Source of the DNA: Parcubacteria group bacterium
GTDB lineage: Bacteria; Patescibacteriota; Patescibacteriia; Patescibacteriales; GWC2-42-12
Length of the DNA: 64,000 nucleotides
NCBI GenBank assembly: GCA_016188785.1
Contig: JACPHD010000020.1
Span: 3,306-67,305, forward strand
Direction of reading: 5' to 3'
The notes under the pieces are model-generated. The model saw only the letters and a list, made by a program, of their open reading frames with translations, made no database searches and was not told the DNA's origin. Shown one piece after another: positions 44,235 to 52,019 of the stretch. The position numbers and the translations under genes were made by a program. The first letter of the stretch is position 1. The number at the start of each line of letters is the position of its first letter.

Positions 44235-45626
44235 TTAGTATTCTGGCGCTTCCATGCCGGTTTTTTCCATGTTTTTAAAGCTCACCGTATCTTCATCAAA
44301 AAATAAATTAACTTTGCCGGTCGGTCCGTTTCTGTGCTTGGCAATATGCACTTCAGCCAGATGTTTTTCACTTTCCGGCAGTTCATCATAATTATAGCCT
44401 CGATCAGCCGCCTTGCGGTAAATAAACATGACCACGTCCGCGTCCTGCTCAATTGAGCCTGATTCTCTTAAATGGGCCAGCCGGGGTATGGCCGGCCGGG
44501 ACATTTCCGCGGCGCGCGATAATTGAGACAGAGCGAAGACCGGGATATTAAGTTCGCGGGCAATGCCTTTAAGGCCGCGGGTAATTTCGGAAACTTCCTG
44601 CACGCGGTTATCGCCGTATTGGCCCCGGCCTTCCATTAATTGCAAGTAGTCCACGATCAATAAACCCAGGCCTTTTTCAACCTGAAGCCGGCGCGCTTTA
44701 GTCCTTATTTCCATGATATTGGAACTGGCCGAGTCGTCGATATAAATCGGCGCTTCGGATAACCGGCCCATAGCCTCGCCGATGCGCGAGAAATCATTAT
44801 CTTCTTCTCTATCCGATAATTTACCGGTGCGCATGCGCCATAAGCTGACGTTGGCCTGGGCGCAAAGCATGCGGTCAACCAATTGCTCTTTGCTCATTTC
44901 CAAAGAAAATATGCCGATCGGGGTTTTACTGATTAAGCCCGCTTGCCGGGCAACATCCAGAGCTAAAGAAGTTTTACCCACGCTCGGCCTGGCGGCTAAA
45001 ATTATTAAATCTGATTTTTGCAAGCCGGCCAAAAGGTTATCCAAATCAGGAAAACCAGTGGGCAAGCCGCGCAGTTTGCCGCTTTGTTTATGCAATTCGT
45101 CAATGCGATCAAAAGCCTCGGCTAATAAATTATCAATCGGCTGAAAAACATTTTTTAAATATTTTTGCGAAACGCCGAATAATTTTTGTTCGGCTTGGTC
45201 CAGCAGTTTTTCAATTTCTTCATCTTCGCGATAGCCAAGTTCGGTTATTTCGGCCGAAGCTGAAAGCAAGCGCCTTAAAGTGGCTTTGCGCTGGATAATA
45301 TTAGAGTAGTGGACGGCATGGGCCGAAGTCGCCACTGTATTGCCCAATTCCGCTATGTAGGTTCGCCCGCCCACGGCTTCTAATTTATTTTTTTCTTCCA
45401 GTTTTGAAGTTAATGTTAAAATATCAATCGGTTCATGGCGGGCATAAAGCTCCCGCATAACTTCATAGATAAGGCTGTGACTGTCTTTATAAAAATCTGC
45501 CGGCCTTAAAGTGTCGGCGATTTTAAAAATCGCGTCTTTATCTATCATTAAACAGCCTAAAATAGAAGCCTCGGCCTCAAGATTTTGCGGCGGTAATTTT
45601 GTAATGGAATTTTTATTTTCGGCCAT
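44235..45626 (-). CDS. dnaB: replicative DNA helicase DnaB
   Basis: 463 aa. PPQNLEAEASILGC, Walker A ARPSVGKTS and Walker B LLIVDYLQLM. Confidence 0.95.
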   Translation of the reverse strand: MAENKNSITKLPPQNLEAEASILGCLMIDKDAIFKIADTLRPADFYKDSHSLIYEVMRELYARHEPIDILTLTSKLEEKNKLEAVGGRTYIAELGNTVATSAHAVHYSNIIQRKATLRRLLSASAEITELGYREDEEIEKLLDQAEQKLFGVSQKYLKNVFQPIDNLLAEAFDRIDELHKQSGKLRGLPTGFPDLDNLLAGLQKSDLIILAARPSVGKTSLALDVARQAGLISKTPIGIFSLEMSKEQLVDRMLCAQANVSLWRMRTGKLSDREEDNDFSRIGEAMGRLSEAPIYIDDSASSNIMEIRTKARRLQVEKGLGLLIVDYLQLMEGRGQYGDNRVQEVSEITRGLKGIARELNIPVFALSQLSRAAEMSRPAIPRLAHLRESGSIEQDADVVMFIYRKAADRGYNYDELPESEKHLAEVHIAKHRNGPTGKVNLFFDEDTVSFKNMEKTGMEAPEY

Positions 45627-45713
45627 AGTTTCATACTACAATGGCTGGCCGGTTTAAGCAAGAGCGATTTTTCTTGCCATTTCTAATGTTATATGTTATT
45701 TTAATAATGTTAA

Positions 45714-45763
45714 CCCCGTTAAATCCCAATTATTATTGGGGCGTAAAGCATATTTTAACGGGG
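45714..45763. repeat. CCCCGTTAAA...TTTAACGGGG hairpin element, copy 3
   Basis: Arms TTAACCCCGTTAAA / TTTAACGGGGTTAA with a 30-nt interior. Confidence 0.8.
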
Positions 45764-45788
45764 TTAATCAATCGCTAAATGCGGTTTC

Positions 45789-45850
45789 GCGCTGTTACCG
45801 CGCCCGCTAACGCCTAAGCGTAGCGATGGCGGGCGGGGCTCAGTTGGCAG
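45789..45850 (+). pseudogene. tRNA-Lys 5' fragment (22 tRNA nt, 26-nt repeat with the 5' TTTC flank) interrupted by a 40-nt GC-rich palindrome
   Basis: GCGCTGTTA (45789-45797) plus GCTCAGTTGGCAG (45838-45850) equals the first 22 nt of the tRNA at 46106, and the preceding TTTC is also shared. The insert at 45798-45837 is CCGCGCCCGCTAACGCCTAAGCGTAGCGATGGCGGGCGGG. Confidence 0.8.
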
Positions 45851-45859
45851 GCAAAGTAT

Positions 45860-46096
45860 ATGTATTATACTTATGTACTAATCAGTATAAAAGATAAAAA
45901 ATTATATATTGGGTTTACTAATGATTTAAGCAAAAGGTTTCTTGAACATCAGAATGGCCAAGTAAATTCCACAAGAGATAGAAGACCATTAAAATTAGTA
46001 TATTATGAGGCTTGCCATGATAAATATAAAGCCTTAGGCAGGGAAAAATATTTTAAAACAGGTTTTGGCAGAAAGTTTTTAGAAAATAGAATATAA
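45860..46096 (+). CDS. small GIY-YIG nuclease-domain protein
   Basis: 78 aa. YYTYVLIS...KLYIGFTNDLSKRFLEHQNG...RPLKLVYYE is the GIY-YIG (URI) signature. Confidence 0.85.
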   Translation: MYYTYVLISIKDKKLYIGFTNDLSKRFLEHQNGQVNSTRDRRPLKLVYYEACHDKYKALGREKYFKTGFGRKFLENRI

Positions 46097-46105
46097 TATA
46101 ATTTC

Positions 46106-46181
46106 GCGCTGTTAGCTCAGTTGGCAGAGCAGCTCCCTTTTAAGGAGAAGGTCACTGGTTCGAATCCAGTACAGCGCACCA
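46106..46181 (+). tRNA. tRNA-Lys (anticodon UUU), CCA encoded
   Basis: The cloverleaf was read manually. Acceptor GCGCTGT/ACAGCGC, D arm GCTCAGTTGGCAGAGC, anticodon loop CTTTTAA, T arm ACTGGTTCGAATCCAGT, and terminal ACCA. Confidence 0.9.
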
Positions 46182-46182
46182 A

Positions 46183-47340
46183 ATGAAAGATCAGGAATCT
46201 AGAAAAGTTTTAAAGATTTTCGGCTGGGCTTCGTTTTTAAACGATTTTGGCTCGGACATAATTTTTCCTTTGTGGCCGATATTTCTGACTTCAGTGTTAG
46301 GCGCCAATATGGCGGTTTTAGGTTTTATTGACGGCCTGGGTGACGCTATAGTTTCTATAGCTCAAGCTGTTGCCGGCTATCTGGCTGACAAAACCGGCAA
46401 AAGAAAAATTTTTGTCTGGCTGGGCTATGTTTTTGCCGGCCTGGCCCGCCTGGGTTACGCGCTAGCGCCGGCTTGGCAATATCTTATTCCGTTTCGCGTC
46501 TTAGATCGGGCCGGGAAAATGCGCGGCGCGCCCCGGGACGCTATTATCGCGGATATTTCTACCGCTGAAAATCGGGGCCGGAATTTCGGCTATTTAAGAA
46601 TGATGGATAATTTAGGCGCGGTTGGCGGCGTGATTTTTACTATTTTATTTTTTAAGTATTTAGGTTATCGCCATATTTTTCTGTTGGCCGCTCTGCCATC
46701 GTTGGCTGGCGCGCTTCTTGTTTGGCGCTCGATAAATGAGAATTTAGCCGTTGACAAAAAGATTTTTAAAGGCATCAGGTTTAGTGATTTTCACCGTGAT
46801 ATGAAATTATATTTGCTACTTAGCGCGGTTTTCGCCTTAGCTTCTTTTAGCTATTCGTTTTTACTTATTTTTGCCGAGCAAGCCGGCTTCGCGGTTGTTG
46901 TCATACCGGTTTTGTATTTAGCCTATAACATCGTGGCCTCGCTGGTCTCTTTGCCGTTCGGCAAATTAGCCGATAAAATAAATCGCCGAACCGTGCTTCT
47001 CTTATCGTTTTTCTTTTGGCTATTGGTTTGCGCGGTTTTTATTTATTTTCATAATCCGGTAGCTATGGTTATAGCTTTTTTACTATACGGACTGCATTTA
47101 GGCGCGATTGAGCCGGTGCAGAAAGCGCTAGTGTCTGAACTGTCAGTATCTGAATTTAGAGCCAGCACTTTAGGCAGTTTTCAGATGGTGGTAGGATTAG
47201 CGGCCTTGCCCGCTTCTTTAATTGCCGGTCTGCTCTGGGATAAAGTTAATTTAGCCGCGCCCTTTTATTTTTCCGCGGCCTTAACTATAATAGCTATAAT
47301 AATGCTCTTATTCGTTAAAGAAAAAAGAGTTGCTGTTTAA
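46183..47340 (+). CDS. MFS transporter
   Basis: 385 aa with ~12 TM segments and an MFS-like motif, LADKTGKRKI, between TM2 and TM3. Confidence 0.85.
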   Translation: MKDQESRKVLKIFGWASFLNDFGSDIIFPLWPIFLTSVLGANMAVLGFIDGLGDAIVSIAQAVAGYLADKTGKRKIFVWLGYVFAGLARLGYALAPAWQYLIPFRVLDRAGKMRGAPRDAIIADISTAENRGRNFGYLRMMDNLGAVGGVIFTILFFKYLGYRHIFLLAALPSLAGALLVWRSINENLAVDKKIFKGIRFSDFHRDMKLYLLLSAVFALASFSYSFLLIFAEQAGFAVVVIPVLYLAYNIVASLVSLPFGKLADKINRRTVLLLSFFFWLLVCAVFIYFHNPVAMVIAFLLYGLHLGAIEPVQKALVSELSVSEFRASTLGSFQMVVGLAALPASLIAGLLWDKVNLAAPFYFSAALTIIAIIMLLFVKEKRVAV

Positions 47341-47351
47341 GTAGTTTATAA

Positions 47352-47567
47352 GCCACCCTAGCTCAGTTGGTAGAGCAACGGTTTTGCCCGCCCGCCTCGC
47401 AAGCGAAGCGTTGCGGGCAGGCCCGCCCGCCTTGACATGCCGAAGTAGCTCAATGGTAGAGCAACGGTTTTGTAAACCGTAGGTTACCGGTTCAAATCCG
47501 GTCTTCGGCTCAAGGCATGTCGGGCGCGGTAAACCGTAGGTCGTCGGTCCGAATCCGACGGGTGGCT
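47352..47567 (+). tRNA. tRNA-Thr(UGU) outer gene, interrupted in the anticodon loop by a 143-bp insert (halves 47352-47386 and 47530-47567)
   Basis: The joined halves give acceptor GCCACCC/GGGTGGC and D arm GCTCAGTTGGTAGAGC. The anticodon arm is ACGGT-TTTG|TAA-ACCGT. The T arm GTCGG-TCCGAAT-CCGAC has an unusual C at position 55. Confidence 0.7.
47439..47510 (+). tRNA. tRNA-Thr (anticodon UGU), intact, nested inside the outer tRNA-Thr gene
   Basis: Acceptor GCCGAAG/CTTCGGC, D arm GCTCAATGGTAGAGC, anticodon arm ACGGT-TTTGTAA-ACCGT, and T arm ACCGG-TTCAAAT-CCGGT. No CCA is encoded. Confidence 0.9.
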
Positions 47568-47577
47568 CTTTTTTAAT

Positions 47578-48948
47578 ATGATGAAGACTTACAAAATTTA
47601 TACTTTAGGCTGTAAGGTCAATCAATATGATTCAGGCAAGCTGTCCGCCCAGCTTCAGGCAGCCGGATTAGTTATGGCGGGTAAGCAAGCTGATCTGGCC
47701 ATAATCAACAGCTGTGCCGTGACTAAAACCGCCATGATAAAAAGCGGACGGATGATTAGATCTGCTAAAAAGGAAAATCCAGGGGCGAAAATTGCGTTAA
47801 TTGGTTGCTGGGTTAGAGCTTCTGAAACTAAACTTGCGGGGGTAGATTTTGTAATCGGAGGCAAAGAAATTATTAAACAGATAAATAGAATTATGAATTA
47901 TGAATCAGGAATTAGGAATAAAATTCAAAATCCAAATAATAAAAATAATAAAATAATTATAAATAGTGATAAATCTCGTTATTTTATAAAAATTCAGGAT
48001 GGCTGTGAGCAGTTTTGCAGTTATTGCATTATTCCGTACGCCCGTGGCGGACTAAAAAGCCGGGGAGAGGCGGAAGTTATTGGCGAGGTTGAGCAGGCGG
48101 TAAAAGCCGGCTATGGCGAAATTGTTTTGTCCGGTATTCATTTGGGGCTATACGGAAAAGAAAGTCAACTGCTATATTCTGTCATTCCGGCCTCCGAGCC
48201 GCCCCGCAAAATGCGGGGTGGATTGCGGATCACCCGCCCGTACCGAACGGGTACGTTCGGGCGGGAGCCCGCAATGACAAATTATTATAATGGCGCTCGT
48301 GATGAAAACTTGGCCAGCCTTTTAAAAAAATTAGTTAAACTTAAAAATTTAGGCCGGATCAGGTTGAGTTCTATTGAAATTACCGAAGTAAGCGATGAAT
48401 TGATTGAACTAATAAAAAACAGCGGCAAAATCTGCCGCCAGCTGCATCTGCCGCTCCAGTCCGGTTCGGATAAAATTTTAAAACTAATGAACCGGCCTTA
48501 TGATATGAATTATTTTAAAAATAAAATTAAACAAATCAGGCGAGTTCTGCCGGATATGGCTATTACTACCGATGTCATCGTCGGTTTTCCCGGAGAAAGC
48601 GAAAAAGATTTTCGCGCTACGGAAAAATTTATCAGACAAATAAAATTCAGCCGTTTGCATGTTTTTCCCTTTTCCGCTCAGGAAAAAACGTCGGCCGCGA
48701 AAATGTCCGGACAAGTTAAGGAAAAAATAAAAAAGCGCCGCGCTGATTTATTGAGAAAGTTAAATTTGAAGTTGATGGCAGATTATAAAAATAAATTTAA
48801 AGGCCGAGACCTGAAAATCGCGGTCGAGCAGATCAAACAAAATAAAGTTATGGGCAAAACCGAGTATTATTTTGATGTTTCAGCCGATAAGAAAAGTTTG
48901 AAAAATAAAAATATTAGAGTAGGGCAGATTATCAAGATAAAAATTTGA
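47578..48948 (+). CDS. mtaB: MtaB-like radical SAM methylthiotransferase with two in-frame repeat insertions
   Basis: 456 aa. TLGCKVNQYDS N-terminus, radical SAM motif CEQFCSYCIIPYARG, and a TRAM-like C-terminus. Insertions at 47888-47945 and 48181-48279. Confidence 0.85.
   Translation: MMKTYKIYTLGCKVNQYDSGKLSAQLQAAGLVMAGKQADLAIINSCAVTKTAMIKSGRMIRSAKKENPGAKIALIGCWVRASETKLAGVDFVIGGKEIIKQINRIMNYESGIRNKIQNPNNKNNKIIINSDKSRYFIKIQDGCEQFCSYCIIPYARGGLKSRGEAEVIGEVEQAVKAGYGEIVLSGIHLGLYGKESQLLYSVIPASEPPRKMRGGLRITRPYRTGTFGREPAMTNYYNGARDENLASLLKKLVKLKNLGRIRLSSIEITEVSDELIELIKNSGKICRQLHLPLQSGSDKILKLMNRPYDMNYFKNKIKQIRRVLPDMAITTDVIVGFPGESEKDFRATEKFIRQIKFSRLHVFPFSAQEKTSAAKMSGQVKEKIKKRRADLLRKLNLKLMADYKNKFKGRDLKIAVEQIKQNKVMGKTEYYFDVSADKKSLKNKNIRVGQIIKIKI
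47888..47945. repeat. heptamer tiling (GAATTAT, GAATCAG, GAATTAG...) inside mtaB
   Basis: GAATTATGAATTATGAATCAGGAATTAGGAATAAAATTCAAAATCCAAATAAT, translated as IMNYESGIRNKIQNPNN. Confidence 0.8.
48181..48279. mobile_element. GTCATTCC...CGCAATGAC TIR element (99 nt = 33 codons) in-frame inside mtaB
   Basis: GTCATTCCGGCCTCCGAGCC...CCCCGCAAAATGCGGGG...CGGGAGCCCGCAATGACA. The GC-rich block translates as VIPASEPPRKMRGGLRITRPYRTGTFGREPAMT. Confidence 0.8.
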
Positions 48949-48977
48949 CATAAAAAGGCTATTCTTATGAAAAGAAC

Positions 48978-49006
48978 CCCCGCTGCGGCAAAAACAGCGG
49001 GGTTTT
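48978..49006 (+). terminator. intrinsic terminator after mtaB
   Basis: CCCCGCTG-CGGCAAAAA-CAGCGGGG followed by TTTT. Confidence 0.8.
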
Positions 49007-49064
49007 GCTGTTGACAGGAATAAAGTAAAGTGATAAGGTTTGGGATAAAATATTCAAGAAATCT

Positions 49065-49886
49065 ATGGAACTAAAAGAATTTATTTTATTACTGGCTAAA
49101 AATAAAGCAACCATGTTTTTTGTTGTTTTTATTTTCTTAATTTTAGCCTTAATTTTGACTGTCATACAACCTTTTAAATACGGGGCCAACTCGCGGGTTT
49201 TAGTAATTCAGAATTTTAGCAATCCGGATCCGTATCTGGCCGCAAAATCAACCGAATATTTAAGCAATGTTTTAGCTAAGGTAATTTATTCCAATTCATT
49301 TTTTGACAATGTTCTAAGCTCCGGTTATTTTATCAATAAAAATTATTTTGGCCAGACCGTAAAAGGCCAAATGAAAATTTGGCATAAAACCGTTAGCGCT
49401 AAAGCCGTGAACGATTCGGGCATAATTGCTATTAATGTTTATCACAAAGACCGCCCTCAGGCTGAGCTGATCAATCGTGCCGTGATCTACACTTTGCAAG
49501 CCAAGCATGGGCTTTATCATGGTGGCGGAAACAGCGCGGCCATAAAAGTTATTGACCAACCCATCACCAGCAATTATCCGGTTCAGCCGAATTTAATTTT
49601 AAATTTTGGTTTGGCTTTAGCCTTAGGCTTGGTTTTTGCTTTAACTTATATTTATTTATTTCCCGAAGAAAAATATAATATCAAGCTGGCGCCTAAATTC
49701 GCCGCGCGCGTTACCCGGGCCGGCTTATTGGAGAAATCGGCGCTGGCGCCGGCCACGCTCGAGCCGGACTATAAGTTAAGCGAAAATTTTAATAAAATAA
49801 ATGATAATGATTATGATGATCTGGACATTCATGAAGAAATAATTCAGCGCGGCAGTATGAAAAATATATTTGGTAAGCCGTTTTAA
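49065..49886 (+). CDS. Wzz-like polysaccharide chain-length determinant protein
   Basis: 273 aa. It has an N-terminal TM after LKEFILLLAKNK, a periplasmic-type domain, and a second TM (LILNFGLALALGLVFALTYIYLF). Confidence 0.6.
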   Translation: MELKEFILLLAKNKATMFFVVFIFLILALILTVIQPFKYGANSRVLVIQNFSNPDPYLAAKSTEYLSNVLAKVIYSNSFFDNVLSSGYFINKNYFGQTVKGQMKIWHKTVSAKAVNDSGIIAINVYHKDRPQAELINRAVIYTLQAKHGLYHGGGNSAAIKVIDQPITSNYPVQPNLILNFGLALALGLVFALTYIYLFPEEKYNIKLAPKFAARVTRAGLLEKSALAPATLEPDYKLSENFNKINDNDYDDLDIHEEIIQRGSMKNIFGKPF

Positions 49887-49890
49887 TTTT

Positions 49891-49970
49891 CTGGATTTCT
49901 GTCTGCGCAGGAATAATCGTCATTCCTGCGAAAGCAGGAATCCAGAAAGAATTTTTCTGGATTTCATGGG
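49891..49970. repeat. CTGGATTYC/GGAATGAC-family repeat cluster
   Basis: CTGGATTTCTGTCTGCGCAGGAATAATCGTCATTCCTGCGAAAGCAGGAATCCAGAAAG...CTGGATTTCATGG. Confidence 0.8.
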
Positions 49971-50000
49971 TGGCACCTTGACAACGGGCGGATGCCCTGC

Positions 50001-50051
50001 ATACCTCCGAATGGAGGAAATTTGACAATATCCTATACCTCTGAATAGAGG
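50001..50051 (+). promoter_or_regulatory. two tandem small hairpins with a compensatory change, upstream of the LysM gene
   Basis: ATACCTCC-GAAT-GGAGG (50001-50017) and ATACCTCT-GAAT-AGAGG (50035-50051). The stem pair changes from C:G to T:A. The second hairpin abuts the SD. Confidence 0.4.
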
Positions 50052-50068
50052 GGAAAGGAAGGAAGTAG

Positions 50069-50860
50069 ATGAAAAAGTTAGTTAGTGGCTTAACATCATT
50101 GTTCGTTTTTACGCTGGTTTTGGCATCTCTGGCGATTGCCGGGGATAAGGTAGTCTACACAGTTAAAAATGGCGACACGTTGGGTGAGCTGATGTACGTC
50201 TGGCGGGTGCAGGGCGTGGAGATTGAAAAACTTTACGGCTGGAACCCTGGCCTGGGTACGCAAATAAAAGTCGGACAGGAAATTGTTTATTATTTGCCTG
50301 ACCGCCCAGATCAACAAGACGTTAAAAAAATGTCCGAGCAAGAAGTTAAAAAAATCGTCGCGGAAACTATTGCCCGGATTGCAACGGTGAAAGCGGAGCC
50401 TGCCGTGGCCAAAACGTCGGTTTCAACGACCGCCATGATCGTTGGTTTTATTGTAATGGCTTTAATTCTGTCGGCGTTTATTTTGTCGTTAAAACGGCGA
50501 AGGAGGCGAAGTGAAATTTTAATCGCCGAAATGGCCGAAGCGGAAAAGGCCAGGGCCATCGCTGAAGCCGAGGCTAAAGTTAGAGCTGAAACCGCGCTTG
50601 AAATCAAATGGGTTGAGGCTGCTGATATGGGAGAAATAATCTACTTGGTGCGCGTGATAAAAAAGAGCGACGGTAGATGGCATGCGCCATTTACCTTTAG
50701 GGCACATGATGGGGTGAGTTTGCCTCTTTCTAGGGTAGATTTTAACAAGATTACGAAAGAGGTTAGAAAATGCATGAAAAATCCACTTTGCGCTGAGCAA
50801 TTTAAGCGCCTGCTGGACGCTGGTCAAGACGTTCGGCGCAAATGCGCAGATGTCAGTTAG
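50069..50860 (+). CDS. LysM-domain membrane protein (signal/anchor, LysM, TM, charged cytoplasmic domain)
   Basis: 263 aa. LysM YTVKNGDTLGELMYVW...GQEIVYYLP, a TM followed by KRRRRR, and a strong SD (AGGAAGG). Confidence 0.7.
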   Translation: MKKLVSGLTSLFVFTLVLASLAIAGDKVVYTVKNGDTLGELMYVWRVQGVEIEKLYGWNPGLGTQIKVGQEIVYYLPDRPDQQDVKKMSEQEVKKIVAETIARIATVKAEPAVAKTSVSTTAMIVGFIVMALILSAFILSLKRRRRRSEILIAEMAEAEKARAIAEAEAKVRAETALEIKWVEAADMGEIIYLVRVIKKSDGRWHAPFTFRAHDGVSLPLSRVDFNKITKEVRKCMKNPLCAEQFKRLLDAGQDVRRKCADVS

Positions 50861-50931
50861 AGAAAATCAAGGAGGGGTTGGTTTTATAGCCGCCCCTTTT
50901 TTCACATTCAGAAAAAGAAAGGGAGGAAAAG

Positions 50932-51951
50932 ATGAAAAAGAATGCCTGGTTGCTCATAGCTTTGGCTGTGTTGATGGCGGGCTGCGGCCGGCGATATATG
51001 ATGACTCGGCCGGATATGCACTTGGCACCGGCGTTAGAGCAATTGCCGGATAAAATTACGGTGGTCACTTACGTCGTTAATCCGGAGTTGGATTTGGCTG
51101 AAGGCGGGGACGGGCGATTTGCCTGGCCCGCCGTATTATTCTGTGGAGATAAGGCTGATAATGAAACAAAATTGTTAGCCTTAAATCTCGCTAAATTCGG
51201 AGTTGACAAGCAGTTTTTGACTGTCATTCCGAAATCGCTAGCTGAATTAGCCGGTTGCCGTTTAGCTGTGTTTGACCACGGCGGCAAGCGAATATATAAC
51301 CATAAGGGTGAGGTACGTTTTCTGGACAGTATGTTCAGAAAAGTGGACCTAAAAAAATACCCAGATTTTTTGCCGGAACTGGGTCCGGACCCCAGCTTTA
51401 TTAAAGAGCTGGACACTAGTTCAGAAGAGTTTCAGGCCATTGTTAAACTTTACGCGGATTTTCGAATCAGCGAATTGGAAATAGCGCGTAAATATATATA
51501 TATAAAATTCGGTTCAAATTTTACCAGCGAACAGCTGGACCAGCTTGCCAAAGAAGATGCTATTGTCCGCGGCTTTGCTTATTGGCTAGGCCGTGATTGG
51601 AAATTTTTTGTAACGATTCCGTTCGTCGGCTTTGACAGTACGGCCTTAGCCGCGGGCGTGGCCAAAGTTCTTACCTTGCCAAGTATCTGGGGCGACGATC
51701 GGCTTGACCGGCCAGGGTATATGGAACATCGGCTGGACGCCGGTGATGCTGCCAAAATGATTTTGCGCGGGATCAATGAATATGGCAGGCCTACGGCAGC
51801 AACGTTCGTGCAACCGGAAGATATGCCTTTACCGGCAAAAGCCTCAATCAAAGGCACTGCTTGCGCGGCGGAAGAAATTTATACATATAGGGCGTACAAT
51901 AAGTGCGTCCAGGAGTATAATAGTAAAATAGCAACCGAAAATGAAAAATAA
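50932..51951 (+). CDS. lipoprotein, function unknown
   Basis: 339 aa. Lipobox LMAGC after a hydrophobic signal sequence, and a strong SD (GGGAGG). Confidence 0.7.
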   Translation: MKKNAWLLIALAVLMAGCGRRYMMTRPDMHLAPALEQLPDKITVVTYVVNPELDLAEGGDGRFAWPAVLFCGDKADNETKLLALNLAKFGVDKQFLTVIPKSLAELAGCRLAVFDHGGKRIYNHKGEVRFLDSMFRKVDLKKYPDFLPELGPDPSFIKELDTSSEEFQAIVKLYADFRISELEIARKYIYIKFGSNFTSEQLDQLAKEDAIVRGFAYWLGRDWKFFVTIPFVGFDSTALAAGVAKVLTLPSIWGDDRLDRPGYMEHRLDAGDAAKMILRGINEYGRPTAATFVQPEDMPLPAKASIKGTACAAEEIYTYRAYNKCVQEYNSKIATENEK

Positions 51952-52019
51952 AAACATCTGACTTTCAGCTAATTTTTTCCTGAAAAATTTTTCTTAAATT
52001 TTTATTCCAGGAAGCCAGG

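Noticed and set aside
47387-47529. Group I intron or archaeal-type bulge-helix-bulge intron as the explanation of the tRNA-Thr interruption
   Set aside because: 143 nt is far below group I intron size and no P3-P9 core can be drawn. The junction is at loop position 34/35-35/36, not 37/38, and the flanks form a symmetric internal loop rather than a 3-4-3 BHB. The insert is largely another tRNA plus a family repeat. Splicing by an unknown route cannot be excluded.
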